A stretch of 64,000 bases of DNA, taken from IMG/VR virus record IMGVR_UViG_3300019762_000005, positions 1-64,000 of that record; one strand, written 5' to 3'. The notes under the pieces were generated by a model. It made no database searches, was not told where the DNA came from, and saw only the letters and a program-made list of their open reading frames with translations. The position numbers and the translations under genes were made by a program. Of the stretch, positions 20,134-31,380 are shown one piece after another. Within the stretch, counting starts at the first letter, position 1; the number at the start of each line of letters is the position of its first letter. Origin of the DNA: a virus.

Positions 20134-21396
20134 TTACTCGTTTAAGCTTGTAGGAACAAGTCCTCTTGCAGCTAAAGCAGCGTTAGTAATAAACTGTCCT
20201 AGCAATACTCCACCTCCATTCGCTCCAACTAAGGTATCAGGATTAGTGTTTGCTAATTCGAAGTAAACCAATACGCTTCCTTTTGCATTCTGAGTAGACA
20301 ATAAGTCTCTGTGCTCTTCTCTCCAACGAAGTTGTAAAACTCCGTAAGTAGCTAAAGCTACAACGTTTTGATCTCTAGCAGTTGGAGGAGTAGACAACAT
20401 GTGATTCTGTCCTTCGAATCCATGAGATAAGTACTCATTCATCGCCACATCTTCGTACTCTCCTACACCTTCGTAAGAAGCAGCAACAACTGCTGGTCTA
20501 ACTAACGAGTCAGAGAAGTAAACTTCAAAACGATTCGTGTAGTAATCTCTGAATGTGTTAACATCAAAGTAGTTTCTGATTCCTACGAATCTTAATCCGT
20601 AGTTTGTTGCTGGCGTACCAAAGGCATCATCAACTGCAACTACAGCAGCACTGTTCCCTCTATAAGGAGACTTCAATGTTATAGTGTTATTCACTAAATC
20701 AATACTGTCGATGATGTAAGAATCACCTAAGATTTGAATCTCATTACCTACTGCAGGAGCACCAGTGATAGCACCTGCGAATTGTACCAATGTAGAATTG
20801 AACGCTACAGATGCATTACCTAATGCATTGGCAATTATAGTAGCATCTGAAGTTATAGAAACAGACAAATAGTTTTGCTCTCCTAATCCTATTCCTAAAG
20901 ATTCTAAAGCTAAGTTTCTACCTAACTGTTCAGCTAATCCGTGAGCAACTTCTAACTGAGAAGCAGTACTATCAGTTTTGTATTGACCTGCTATAGCAGT
21001 TTGAGGAAACTTTCTGTTGGCAGCATCATTGTCGCGCTTGTTTATTCTTACGTGGTAAGAAGTATTGTTACCTGACGGTAAAGAACCTGCTGTACCATCC
21101 CATCCAAGAACAACTTCATGTTGAACTGCTGGTCTGTAATTCTTCCAAGAAACTTCAGTCTTCTCAACATCCATGATGTCCTTAAAGATTAAATCCTTGT
21201 TAGGCCCTTGTGATTGAACAATCCTTACTGGACCTGTTACAGGATAACCAGCGATAACCTTGTTCTCTAAGTTCGTTAATATTACCTCTCCAGCATTGGT
21301 GTTGAATGGAGTAACTATAGTTCCAACCGCAAGTCCTGAAGAAGTTACGTTTCCTGCGATGAACGTATAAGTATTATGATCTTGTTTTCTTAACAT
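20134..21396 (-). CDS. Auxiliary capsid protein
   Basis: 420 aa; GVGEYEDVAMNEY-type motif; crAss-like synteny downstream of MCP and ring gene. Confidence 0.65.
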   Translation of the reverse strand: MLRKQDHNTYTFIAGNVTSSGLAVGTIVTPFNTNAGEVILTNLENKVIAGYPVTGPVRIVQSQGPNKDLIFKDIMDVEKTEVSWKNYRPAVQHEVVLGWDGTAGSLPSGNNTSYHVRINKRDNDAANRKFPQTAIAGQYKTDSTASQLEVAHGLAEQLGRNLALESLGIGLGEQNYLSVSITSDATIIANALGNASVAFNSTLVQFAGAITGAPAVGNEIQILGDSYIIDSIDLVNNTITLKSPYRGNSAAVVAVDDAFGTPATNYGLRFVGIRNYFDVNTFRDYYTNRFEVYFSDSLVRPAVVAASYEGVGEYEDVAMNEYLSHGFEGQNHMLSTPPTARDQNVVALATYGVLQLRWREEHRDLLSTQNAKGSVLVYFELANTNPDTLVGANGGGVLLGQFITNAALAARGLVPTSLNE

Positions 21397-21430
21397 TTTT
21401 CTATGTTTTTTTTATTATTAATTTTTAACG

Positions 21431-22168
21431 TTACTCCAGTGTGTTTATTGGAGGTATGTACTCTTGCTTTTGTTCTTTTATTATTCCTAGAACTAAATCT
21501 CTAGCAATGTCTATTATAATCTCCTGAGCAGTCTCATTCAATATACAATTTCTTTGGTTAGTCAGTATTGTTCTATCAACAATTATCTGACTAGCTTTAC
21601 TGAGATAGTTAATCCTATATCCAGTAATAGTAAACGTTCCATCACTAACAAGTTGATGCCTTCTAGCTGTACCAGAGTTAGTTATATTGCTTGTTTGTCT
21701 TGAGTACTGCATTCTCCAAACCAAAGGTTCTAAACCGTCTAGTTTTGGCTTCTTGTACTTGTTACGTTTCAAGCGTCTAAACTCGTGATGAGCTGTAGGT
21801 TTAACGTCAATCACTAAAGGATTTCCATCGCAATCAGTTCTATTAACAGTAGCGTCTTCATATATGGTGTACATGAGATCTTCTGGTAAGTCGAAAAATC
21901 TACCATCTCTAAGTACCCCAGTCTGACTAGCAGACACAGGGCAATTAAAGAAGTTTATCAATTCTGCTATAGATTGGTTCTTAGCTTCAGTCTCTTCGAA
22001 ACCTTGACCCTTTCTATTGTTTAAATGGTCGTACTGTTGTTTGATGAAATAATTCTGAGCATTAGTCAAAAAGCTTGACAACTCGAAGTCCTCATACCCT
22101 GGCGAACCATTGGTATGACCTCTATCGAGCAAAAGCTCTAATCCATCTGCCATTTCATTACTAGTCAT
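21431..22168 (-). CDS. Tail ring protein
   Basis: PGYEDFELSSFLTNAQ, GFEETE, LPED, CILNETAQEIIID motifs. Confidence 0.75.
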   Translation of the reverse strand: MTSNEMADGLELLLDRGHTNGSPGYEDFELSSFLTNAQNYFIKQQYDHLNNRKGQGFEETEAKNQSIAELINFFNCPVSASQTGVLRDGRFFDLPEDLMYTIYEDATVNRTDCDGNPLVIDVKPTAHHEFRRLKRNKYKKPKLDGLEPLVWRMQYSRQTSNITNSGTARRHQLVSDGTFTITGYRINYLSKASQIIVDRTILTNQRNCILNETAQEIIIDIARDLVLGIIKEQKQEYIPPINTLE

Positions 22169-22169
22169 C

Positions 22170-23207
22170 TTATCTTGTACGGTTTATTCTGTTTTCAATT
22201 TGCATTTTTAATTCTTGGTTCTCAGGATCTCTTAAGAAGTATGCCATATCTCTAAGCTCTCCTACTTCCTTCCCGTTATCCAAGGCATAAATATTACCAG
22301 CTACTTTCTTGATAGCTTCAACTCTTAAAGCATCATAAATGAATACCTTGTCATCGAACAACTCATCTTCAACGATTTCTAAGAACTTGTTATGGTCTCT
22401 TTCAAGAGTTGCCATTACTTTGTCCTTTAAGTAATCAGTGTTGTATCTAGCAGGTATATTATTACCCATAGACTTGATGAAGTTAACCATCTTACTATCT
22501 GACCCCATTAGCTCAGCAAGTAAAGCGTATGCTTTAGCTTTGCTCTTAGAATCTTCAAGTCTTTGTGAAAGAACTTTATTCTCATCGACTATGGCGAAGT
22601 CAAAGTTTCCGTCAAATCTAGTCTCCCAAGAACTAGCGATAGCCGCTTGCTTCTTAAGTATCATATAGTGTACCATGTGAAGAGGGTCTGAAAGATCTAG
22701 TCTTAAACCTTCTCTAGTAACGGTAACTCTTCCTCTAGCGTCTGTTTTCCAAAAATTCTTTATACCACTAATTTCATTAGGAACTGTCATAGTTCCCATG
22801 TCACAACCCATTATCTTTTCGAAGAATCCTTGTTGTGTCAATTTTTCATTAGGAAATTGGACAGTATAGAACTGTTCAAAGTTGTCAAATATCTTGGACA
22901 AACCACCTTGTCTGAAGAATGGTAACTGAAAGCTACGTTTAGCTCTCTTTAATATGAAAGGTTCGTTATCTACATCTTTACCATTAACTAGTAATGTAGA
23001 CCACTTACCTGTTCCAGCAACGGGAACAATCTTTACGATTCTGTTCTCTAAAAAGTTTTTCAACTTCTTCACCTTTTTTATCGGCTCTTTAGCTACGATT
23101 GGTGCTGCTGGTGTACTCTCTGGAGTTGGGGCAGAAGCAACTACCTTCTCAGTAGTTGCCTTTGCTTTGTTATCTCCTTTATCTAAACTATCTTTCTGTG
23201 CTGTCAT
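22170..23207 (-). CDS. Conserved crAss-like protein downstream of MCP
   Basis: LDLSDPLHMVHYMILK motif; synteny. Confidence 0.7.
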   Translation of the reverse strand: MTAQKDSLDKGDNKAKATTEKVVASAPTPESTPAAPIVAKEPIKKVKKLKNFLENRIVKIVPVAGTGKWSTLLVNGKDVDNEPFILKRAKRSFQLPFFRQGGLSKIFDNFEQFYTVQFPNEKLTQQGFFEKIMGCDMGTMTVPNEISGIKNFWKTDARGRVTVTREGLRLDLSDPLHMVHYMILKKQAAIASSWETRFDGNFDFAIVDENKVLSQRLEDSKSKAKAYALLAELMGSDSKMVNFIKSMGNNIPARYNTDYLKDKVMATLERDHNKFLEIVEDELFDDKVFIYDALRVEAIKKVAGNIYALDNGKEVGELRDMAYFLRDPENQELKMQIENRINRTR

Positions 23208-23219
23208 TTGTTTATTTTT

Positions 23220-24740
23220 TTAGAAATTAGAAACTGCTAATTGCATGTCAATTATTTTCGTTGGATCTTCGATCATCATTCCTCCTGCCTTCATAAAGTG
23301 CACTTGGTATCCATCTACTGACGATACTGCGAATGAACTCGCTGAGTTCTTCTTAGTACCTGGAGAGAACGGATCTCTCATCCCTGGTAAGTACTTCCAG
23401 ATTAGGTCATCATAACCTTTGGCAGTCGTTCTGTAAACACCTGCTTCTTCTCCGAATCCCATTGTAATCATTCTATGTGATTCAATAGTTCCTTTTCCAT
23501 CTGGATGTCTACGAGAGAAGTGAGTTTCATCATCGAAGAAGTCGATAATCTCAACAGTTAAACGAATACCATTGTAGTACTCATACTCGTTGAATTGGTA
23601 TCCATATCCTAACGTGTTCTTAGAACCTAAATTACTAGGACTAGTAGACTTACTAGCGAACCCGTGATTGATGATAGTCCATCTACTTGAAGCTTTAGCC
23701 TCAATCTGCTTGTGGATTTCAATTGCTCCCCATTCACCAGTCATAACATGTACGTGACGTTTATCACGAGACATCTTACCAATAGACATATCCAGGATTA
23801 ACTCCATGTGGAAATCTAAATCGTAAGAGTTATAGTAGTGACGATTTGATGGTGCGATTTGCTCGAAGAAACCTGCACCTGCTTCAATAGCAAATTTAGT
23901 TTTATCGTCAAAGTTTAAGTACTTGTGGTCAGAACCCCAGTTACGCTTACCGTAAACTTGCATTCTCGCAAACATCTCTTCACATTGGTGATGAGCAACC
24001 ATATCTTGATAGTTGATCCATACCTTTTCTTGAATCTTTCCACCATCAGCAGAGAATCCAAATTCTAAAGGTTCGTTATCACCTTTGTTAATTACGTTAC
24101 CAGGAACTTCATACTCCATTCTCATTTGAGAAAGTCTGTTTTCCATTCTCCAAGGAGACGTAAATGTAGGCTTAGCACCTTGGTAAGATAACGTTGAAGG
24201 AGTAGCTCCATAGAATTTAGAGAAGCGAATACCTCTTACTAATTCTTGAACTGGAACGGCAATTCTTAAGTTTGCGTTCAATAACTCTACTTCATACTTG
24301 AACAAAGAATCTTCTCCGTAAGCACGCTTTACTAAAAAGTGGTAATCATCTACCTCTCCTTTTAATACGTTTGTTTCTTCGAAAAGCCCTTCTTTAAAGA
24401 CTAAGATGAAACGTCCTCTTTGAGCTCCTATCACTGCTGGGAAGTTCCCTGCTGATACTGACTCTCCAGTTAATGTTTCTGCATCCTCTAATGGAATGTT
24501 CTTTTCTTCTTGTCCTTTCAGCATCCACTGATAGAATCCGTTTTCTTGAGTAACCTCTTTTACAGGAAATCTTGATACAAACTCTCTAAGCTTACCAGAA
24601 AGGTTATTCTTATAGATGCTTCTAATAGCTGTATCAATTAACTCAGGCTGTTGTTGGTACAACGTATAAAAATGATTATCGGTAACTAAACCGTTGTAAT
24701 CAACTGCTTCATACATTTGTAATGGAAGTAATTTTGCCAT
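23220..24740 (-). CDS. Major capsid protein
   Basis: 506 aa; GLVTDNH, GAGFFEQI, TGEWG, GMRDPF, SSVDGY motifs of crAss-type MCP. Confidence 0.9.
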   Translation of the reverse strand: MAKLLPLQMYEAVDYNGLVTDNHFYTLYQQQPELIDTAIRSIYKNNLSGKLREFVSRFPVKEVTQENGFYQWMLKGQEEKNIPLEDAETLTGESVSAGNFPAVIGAQRGRFILVFKEGLFEETNVLKGEVDDYHFLVKRAYGEDSLFKYEVELLNANLRIAVPVQELVRGIRFSKFYGATPSTLSYQGAKPTFTSPWRMENRLSQMRMEYEVPGNVINKGDNEPLEFGFSADGGKIQEKVWINYQDMVAHHQCEEMFARMQVYGKRNWGSDHKYLNFDDKTKFAIEAGAGFFEQIAPSNRHYYNSYDLDFHMELILDMSIGKMSRDKRHVHVMTGEWGAIEIHKQIEAKASSRWTIINHGFASKSTSPSNLGSKNTLGYGYQFNEYEYYNGIRLTVEIIDFFDDETHFSRRHPDGKGTIESHRMITMGFGEEAGVYRTTAKGYDDLIWKYLPGMRDPFSPGTKKNSASSFAVSSVDGYQVHFMKAGGMMIEDPTKIIDMQLAVSNF

Positions 24741-24785
24741 ACTGTGTTATTATTTGCTTTTTTTATTATTATTATTAACTATTCC

Positions 24786-25964
24786 TTACTTTGCTCCGAA
24801 TATCTTGCTAAGATTGCTAAGCTTATCCTCAACTGTCTTACTTTCATTCGGTTTGAATCCTTCTGCTGAATCAGAGCTATTTAGTAATGAATCTAATTCG
24901 CTAGAAGCTTTAGATTTCGATACCTTCATTAACTTACTGATGTCAGGAGTGAAGTCTCCATTTTTATCTTGTTTGAACACCCCTAAGACGTTCAAGTAAT
25001 TTATCAATGTTGCGAACCCTTCTGGATTCTTATTCTGTTTGTAGGCGATTTCAGTGAACTTTCTACCGTCTTCTCCAACGTGAACTGTTTCAGACATACT
25101 AGACTTAATCTTATCTCTAGTGACTTTGTTCAATGCTAAACCTTCAATGAAGTGATCTTTCTCATCAATCATTGTTGTTATCTTCTGAACAATTTCTTTT
25201 TGAGAATTTTCAAACTTTTCTTCAGCCAACTTCTTAGCATCTGCTTGTTGCTTTACAAAAGCGTTTGTCATCGTCTTTAAAGGTTCTACTGAACTTTTAG
25301 CTTTATCAGTCAATTTGTCTAACAATTTAGCATCGTCTACCATTTCAGTGATTTGATCGTCAGTTAATCCAGTTGCTTTCAAGTACTTTGTATATACTTG
25401 TTCAGCTACCTTTTCATCTTTAAGCTTATCATCTGTAATGTCTTCGTAGAATGCTAAATCTTTAGCTACGTTTATCGCTACACTTTCATCGTCAAACGAC
25501 GATTCTATTTCTAAGAACTTTTTCTTCGCACCAGAGAACTTGTCTCCATACGAACTTTCAAACTTTTTCTTCTTCTCCTCAAGAGTCTTTTCAACCAACT
25601 CTTTAAGATCATCAGCCGACTTAATCTCTCCTTCTTCAAATTCTCCAAGAGCTCCCATTTCTGCTAGTTCTTTTGCGAATACTGAATATTTGTTTTTAGC
25701 ACCTTCTCCTTCTTCTGGAGGTTTAGCCCCTTCTACAGGAGGAGTTCCTTCTGTAGGTGTATTTTCTGGAGCAGCATCTCTTTTTACTGGGGTTATCTCT
25801 ACGTAACCTTCAGGCTTAGTGTCTTCCTTGTTAGCTTCAGGTCCTTTCGGATCTTCTGTAGCTCCTGGAGCTTCCTCACCTTTATTCTTTAAATCTTCTA
25901 GTTGGCTTACTGGAACTATCTCTAGCCCTTCAAACAAACCATCATTCATGCTGTCAAAATCCAT
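24786..25964 (-). CDS. Putative scaffolding protein
   Basis: Acidic, Pro-rich N-terminus plus coiled coil; between portal and MCP. Confidence 0.65.
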   Translation of the reverse strand: MDFDSMNDGLFEGLEIVPVSQLEDLKNKGEEAPGATEDPKGPEANKEDTKPEGYVEITPVKRDAAPENTPTEGTPPVEGAKPPEEGEGAKNKYSVFAKELAEMGALGEFEEGEIKSADDLKELVEKTLEEKKKKFESSYGDKFSGAKKKFLEIESSFDDESVAINVAKDLAFYEDITDDKLKDEKVAEQVYTKYLKATGLTDDQITEMVDDAKLLDKLTDKAKSSVEPLKTMTNAFVKQQADAKKLAEEKFENSQKEIVQKITTMIDEKDHFIEGLALNKVTRDKIKSSMSETVHVGEDGRKFTEIAYKQNKNPEGFATLINYLNVLGVFKQDKNGDFTPDISKLMKVSKSKASSELDSLLNSSDSAEGFKPNESKTVEDKLSNLSKIFGAK

Positions 25965-26045
25965 AACGTATTATTTGTTATAATACAATGTTACAAAAAT
26001 TATAACGTCCTCTAACATTCTTGTCATGACTCGTTATAATAATTA

Positions 26046-28457
26046 TCACTTCGTATTATTGCTGTTTGGCACATTTTTTTTCCTGTCTATTGCTTCCTGA
26101 GCTTTGTTGTGTCTTACATTCTCTTTCAGCGTATCTCTTTTTATCTCGTTGTCACTTATTACTTTTTGTCTCTCAAGCTCATTCTTACTTCTTTCAAGTC
26201 CATCATCTACACCATTACTGTTAGAATCTAATTTTCTTGATGAATCAATATCTTTCTGACCTACATTAGTATATAGTTCCTCTCTCTTGAAATCTAGTTC
26301 CTCTCTTTTTAGAGCCATCTCATCTTGATGCTTTTGAACTTCCCAATCTCTAGCTTCTTTTTTATCTTGAGCATCTAATTGTTGAGCTTGCTTAGCAACT
26401 TCGTTCTGTTCCATTTGCATCTTCTCATTACGCTCTCTCAATTCTTCAGCACTATTTTTTAACTTTCTGCTTAACTCTTGTACAGACTCAGATTGATACA
26501 TATCTATAATATCAGACAATTCTGCATTACCATTTTGTATCGCTGCATGAGCTAACTGTTTAAGATCTGCGAATAACTGAGCGTCACTTGTGCTATCTGA
26601 AAGATGCAGGTCAAATTCTGCAGATGGAAACTCATCTATCTGGTCCAAAAATACTTGCCCCATGTCATCTAACATGTAAGCACCGTTTTGAGGATTTGTT
26701 TTGTAGGCGAACTGACAAGCTTCAAGATACTTTTTAAGTACCCTTTTTACGAAGTTGTTTTGTATTGAGAACCATTTTTCAGTAATGTGAGACGATTGAT
26801 TAATCTCTCTCTCAACATTTCCAACAGCTTCATTGCTTCCAATAGCTCCTTCTCTTCCTGCTGATACACCAGTTATTCTACCCATAGTTTGTTCTATATG
26901 GAATAACTGATCGTTATACATTTGAATTTCTTTACCATCTCCACTTAAGTCGATAGTAGTTCCTGTTAATGTATTGAATGCACCTGCAGATTTACCTTGA
27001 GAAGGGCCTTTTAATATCTCATTTGTTGGGTCTAAGAACCCTAATTTGTTTACTGTTAAGTACTTAATCCAGTCTTCGGCTTCCCATCCTGAAGGTATCA
27101 TTGATGCGTTTATTAACGCTGCAGACCCTTTATGGGTAGCCAATGCAATCTCTCTTTTCCACCATAGAATATCATAGGCGTAGTCTAATGGCTTGGATAT
27201 ATCTGTTAAAGATGTAGCTCCTACTGTTCCGATATAGTTTGGAGTTACCAGTGATGGATTGACAATCGACCTACCTTGGAATGGAATTACTTCTCCTTTT
27301 ACATAGATGTCTTCTCCGATCACAGCTATCTTATGCCATTCACTTATCCATCTAACCGCTACAAGCTCTTCCCCAACAACGTCATCAAGAATGTAGTTTT
27401 CATTCCTGTAGTCGTACATTGCCTCTCCGTCTTCGTACCATTTAATATATTGTACCTTTCTTTTTCCTTTCCAAGAAACTCTCATTATCCTTATCAGGCC
27501 TTGATCGTTTACTGTCGCTCCAAAAGAATGTTGAGACTTTATCTGAGACCCTGGCACTATTTGAACACCGTCAGGACCTTGAGGTCCATATCTATCGAAT
27601 ACACTTTGATCTCCTCCGTAACCATAGCTACCTTGAGAACCTTCTGAGTATTTTTCAATTTTAGTTATATCTGCAGATGACAATTCATCATTATAATCAT
27701 CCAGTAACTTTCCTGGACCAGAGTACCCAAACTCTACAATTATCTCTGCATCTTCTATTTTCTTAGAATCTCCAGAACCCCATGTGTACATGTTTCTTGG
27801 GTCAACTCTTCTAATTACGGGCTTTCCTGCTAGAACATCTATGTAAACCATTTGCTCTGCTGAAACCAATAAATCTTCAAATTCTTCTTCGAATAAGAAA
27901 GCTAGGAACTGTTCCTTGTATTCTTTCTTTAATATTTTGTTAGCTGTAATCTCAAGTATGTCTTGGTAGTCGTACTTGATGTATTTTTGAAAAGCTTTGA
28001 TTTCTTTTTCCAGTTCTTCTTGATTAATAGACTCTCTAGTTATTTTGTCAATTATGAACTTTTCGAATTTCTTCTTGATGTCCTTTTCTTTACTGCTGCT
28101 ACCTTCCTTATCGTTTGCTGATAGGAAAGCTTTAAAGTCTTTCTTTCTTTTTATGTATTCACCTACAAGTAGGTTTATCTTAGAGTTCCCAATTCCTACG
28201 TGCTTAAATTGTGATGGTAATTTATCAAGACCTATGTCGTCTAAATCAATGTACTTTTTGAAATTGTTGATGTTTATCCTGTTCTCTCTCAAGTCAAAAT
28301 TCTCTTGTTTGTTCTCAAACATTTGTTTCAACCCACCACCATATATAAGAGACTTGGCAAACTCTGCGTTCTTTATGTACCAGTTCTTATTCTTTTTATT
28401 AGAGGCAATTTTCTGTGCTGGAAAAGTTGTTACTCTTTTATTGTGTTTGATTTCCAT
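26046..28457 (-). CDS. Portal protein
   Basis: 803 aa; FPAQKI, KINLLVGEYIKR, GVSAGREGAI..EAVGNVER, C-terminal coiled coil. Confidence 0.9.
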   Translation of the reverse strand: MEIKHNKRVTTFPAQKIASNKKNKNWYIKNAEFAKSLIYGGGLKQMFENKQENFDLRENRININNFKKYIDLDDIGLDKLPSQFKHVGIGNSKINLLVGEYIKRKKDFKAFLSANDKEGSSSKEKDIKKKFEKFIIDKITRESINQEELEKEIKAFQKYIKYDYQDILEITANKILKKEYKEQFLAFLFEEEFEDLLVSAEQMVYIDVLAGKPVIRRVDPRNMYTWGSGDSKKIEDAEIIVEFGYSGPGKLLDDYNDELSSADITKIEKYSEGSQGSYGYGGDQSVFDRYGPQGPDGVQIVPGSQIKSQHSFGATVNDQGLIRIMRVSWKGKRKVQYIKWYEDGEAMYDYRNENYILDDVVGEELVAVRWISEWHKIAVIGEDIYVKGEVIPFQGRSIVNPSLVTPNYIGTVGATSLTDISKPLDYAYDILWWKREIALATHKGSAALINASMIPSGWEAEDWIKYLTVNKLGFLDPTNEILKGPSQGKSAGAFNTLTGTTIDLSGDGKEIQMYNDQLFHIEQTMGRITGVSAGREGAIGSNEAVGNVEREINQSSHITEKWFSIQNNFVKRVLKKYLEACQFAYKTNPQNGAYMLDDMGQVFLDQIDEFPSAEFDLHLSDSTSDAQLFADLKQLAHAAIQNGNAELSDIIDMYQSESVQELSRKLKNSAEELRERNEKMQMEQNEVAKQAQQLDAQDKKEARDWEVQKHQDEMALKREELDFKREELYTNVGQKDIDSSRKLDSNSNGVDDGLERSKNELERQKVISDNEIKRDTLKENVRHNKAQEAIDRKKNVPNSNNTK

Positions 28458-28496
28458 AGTCTTTGTAATTCTGTAAAAATACTAAAAATATCAATA

Positions 28497-31100
28497 CTAT
28501 TTAAGTATGCCCATTTTTTTAAAGTAGTTGCTCTGTAGGAAACTCTTTTCTACTTTGGTTGCTTCAGTCTTTATAGCTCTGTATTGAGTCTGGTCATGCC
28601 ACATTAACATACACATAGCTGATACCCTATCAAAGTTGGCATCTGGATTGTAAAGGATACATTCCTTAAGAAGTGCTGGGAACTTTATTGTACTTAACAT
28701 CCTAACGTCGCTACTCTTATTAATCTTCTCTAACATCCAAGATTTAAAGAATCTAAGACCAGTTTCATTTATAGGACCAGATGCATTTATACCTTTTGAA
28801 GTATTCGTTCCAGCTTTGTAGGTGTCTGTATTTCTAAGATGAGGAGGGGTTTCTGCTAGTAAGTATGTCTGCTTTCTGTTTTCGAAGTAAGTGTATAACC
28901 CTGGTAAATTCTTCTCATACATTAACGTACCATTGTAATATAGACATAATTTTCTACACATCTCGTAGAAGTCATTAGGATCATCTGTACGACCTGTATA
29001 TTCAGCAACTATTCTACGTGTGAATCTATTCATTACAAATACCGATGTTAGCGAGTCTGTTGATGATACTGCTTTATCAACTGTATCTCCTCCTAACAAG
29101 TAAGTTCCTGCTGGAACTTGTCCATCTACCTTTTGAGGCTTCTCTGAAATTTCTAATGCTCCAACTTTGTTTAGTGATTTCTTTGACAGTGGATAATCTC
29201 TAATTGGTTCTAATTCTGTGTCATTTTTAAACTCTACTTCTCCAGCTTCATTGAACTCCAGCTTACCAACAAAATTAGCATCTAACTCTGTACTACTGTA
29301 TTCTAATTCAGTAAGTGTGTCTTTAAGATCTGCTGCTGGAAAGAATCCTCCTTCAGACACTAAGAATATTTCTGACGGAATAAGAGGTCTGTTAATTATG
29401 AAGGAAAAGTACTTCTCTTTAGAAGATCTCTTCATTTCTTCCCTTCTGTCCTTCCAGTACTTCTCAGCCATAGTGAAGTTGGTTAACTTGTTTGGACCTT
29501 CTTTGAATCTGTTTACTGCCATTGATGCAGGAACGAAGTATCCAATCTTCTTGGATCTATTCTCCCATTGGTCGTGAAATGCTAAACAGTTGTAATCTTC
29601 TGGATTTTCAAATATCTTTTTAAGGTGAGTTACTGAGTTTCCTTTTACAAATCCTCCAGTACCAAACATATATACAGTTCCGTATTGTCTACCATCATCA
29701 GATACAGTATCTTCCAGTCCTCCAAGAACTTCCTCGATATTATTCATAAATCCAACTTCCTCAAGCGCAACCAGCGATGGTCTTGAACCTGCAGCTGCTA
29801 ATGGATCTTTCTCGAATGTCCTATGTATCAGCTTAGAAGCTGACTTTTTAGCCTCTACTGTTTGCTCTGCATTCTTGAACGAACCTTTGCTAGGAACATA
29901 AAGTGGAGACGGATAAAACTCTCCTCCAAACCATATTGATCCTGGTAGATTGTCTAATCCAATCGTAGCTTTACTTAGGAGCTCCATAGAATATTTGGCC
30001 TCTATAGCACCTACAAGAGTCTCTGATGCGAGTGGTGTTTTATTTCTTTTATTCTCCAAATAGAAGTCATAATCAATAGCTCCGTCAAACATCCAGTTAT
30101 GTCCAATCCATACTCCTGCATTGTATGATTTACCCGTATTGTGTTGAACTACATAGTCTGACTTTACAAACAAGTGATCCCCGTCAAGCTTGAATCCAAA
30201 AAACTCTCCTTTGCCTATGTACTCCATATCGAATGAAGATTCCTGCACATTGCTACGATTCGTTAACCCTTTTATCTTTATACTCGACTTATAGAGCTTT
30301 ATTGATTGCAACAAAGATTGATGTTTGAACACGATTTTGGTTCTGATATTTATGTGTTTTCCGTAGTTTGAAACCTGTAATTTATGGTTACTATTTGTTA
30401 CAAATTCATCAAATCCTCCTGTTGTAGGTTTTATCTTATACAGGTCATCTATTCCAGAGTGAGTCCATTGTACATTTCTAGGGCCTCCATCTGGACCCAT
30501 GACTACATCTCCTTTTACAATATCTTGCACAAGCTTTATAGTTCCATCGTACATGACAACCTCAGTATCTTTACCAAAGCAATCTCTACTCTCCAGATCA
30601 ATCACGTTCATTGCTGAATTCTTGTATTGAGGTTTACCCATGCTACCTTTAACATGAACCCTCCTTAAGTATTCTCTGGCTGTGACGTATTCCTTTCTTT
30701 GGCCGTTAGCTTTAAAAGCCTCTGGTACTCCTATCTTCAGCAACGCTTCGCTACCAAAATCCCGTACACCTTGCTCAAATCTAAAACAAGTCTCTTCTGT
30801 ATCTCCTTCAAATCCAGAGAACCCTCTAGCTTCAGCAAGGTTCAAATGCTTATCCCATTCAAGATCACGAATGTACGGCCTACCTAATATCTTTCCGATA
30901 GATTTTTCTGAAGACATTTTGATATGCCAAACGTTAGCAAAAGTATATAATGTTCCTGGCATCCACTTTCCGCCAACCCACATTCCTTCTATACATTTAC
31001 GCTTGACATCTCCCCAATAAGCCAACCTTTCGTACCGTTGAGATACAGGATTGTAACTAGGATGTTCCTTCGTTATAAAGTTCTGAGTGTTATATAGCAT
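28497..31100 (-). CDS. terL: Terminase large subunit (intein-containing)
   Basis: Walker A SRD|TGKS split by intein, Walker B VALEEVG, FGTGG, RNase H-like GGDT...EKN...NFDRV nuclease motifs. Confidence 0.93.
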   Translation of the reverse strand: MLYNTQNFITKEHPSYNPVSQRYERLAYWGDVKRKCIEGMWVGGKWMPGTLYTFANVWHIKMSSEKSIGKILGRPYIRDLEWDKHLNLAEARGFSGFEGDTEETCFRFEQGVRDFGSEALLKIGVPEAFKANGQRKEYVTAREYLRRVHVKGSMGKPQYKNSAMNVIDLESRDCFGKDTEVVMYDGTIKLVQDIVKGDVVMGPDGGPRNVQWTHSGIDDLYKIKPTTGGFDEFVTNSNHKLQVSNYGKHINIRTKIVFKHQSLLQSIKLYKSSIKIKGLTNRSNVQESSFDMEYIGKGEFFGFKLDGDHLFVKSDYVVQHNTGKSYNAGVWIGHNWMFDGAIDYDFYLENKRNKTPLASETLVGAIEAKYSMELLSKATIGLDNLPGSIWFGGEFYPSPLYVPSKGSFKNAEQTVEAKKSASKLIHRTFEKDPLAAAGSRPSLVALEEVGFMNNIEEVLGGLEDTVSDDGRQYGTVYMFGTGGFVKGNSVTHLKKIFENPEDYNCLAFHDQWENRSKKIGYFVPASMAVNRFKEGPNKLTNFTMAEKYWKDRREEMKRSSKEKYFSFIINRPLIPSEIFLVSEGGFFPAADLKDTLTELEYSSTELDANFVGKLEFNEAGEVEFKNDTELEPIRDYPLSKKSLNKVGALEISEKPQKVDGQVPAGTYLLGGDTVDKAVSSTDSLTSVFVMNRFTRRIVAEYTGRTDDPNDFYEMCRKLCLYYNGTLMYEKNLPGLYTYFENRKQTYLLAETPPHLRNTDTYKAGTNTSKGINASGPINETGLRFFKSWMLEKINKSSDVRMLSTIKFPALLKECILYNPDANFDRVSAMCMLMWHDQTQYRAIKTEATKVEKSFLQSNYFKKMGILK
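30138..30581 (-). mobile_element. Mini-intein (148 aa) in TerL Walker A
   Basis: Starts CFGKDTEV, block B VTNSNH, ends VQHN followed by Thr; no homing endonuclease. Confidence 0.92.
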
Positions 31101-31380
31101 TCTCTTCTTTGTATTTGTTCCAATCTTCTTCTCCCATTAAGTCTGGGAACTTGTTTCCTCCGCACTGCTTAGTAACAAAGAACTTCCCGGGTGTGCTACA
31201 TCCGCAATGTTGACACTTGAATTTGCAAGAGTCCTCACATACTTTCATTCTGTAAGCCACTTGCTCTTTCTTATACTCTGGTAAATGCATAAACTCCGCA
31301 GCCTTAATAGGTGGGAGTTTACTTATTATCAACCTAGTGTTACCTTGGATGAATTCCGATATGTTTTTTAGTGTTATCAT
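31090..31380 (-). CDS. Small Cys-rich putative Zn-binding protein upstream of TerL
   Basis: CEDSCKFKCQHCGC...C; crAss-like synteny. Confidence 0.65.
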   Translation of the reverse strand: MITLKNISEFIQGNTRLIISKLPPIKAAEFMHLPEYKKEQVAYRMKVCEDSCKFKCQHCGCSTPGKFFVTKQCGGNKFPDLMGEEDWNKYKEENAI

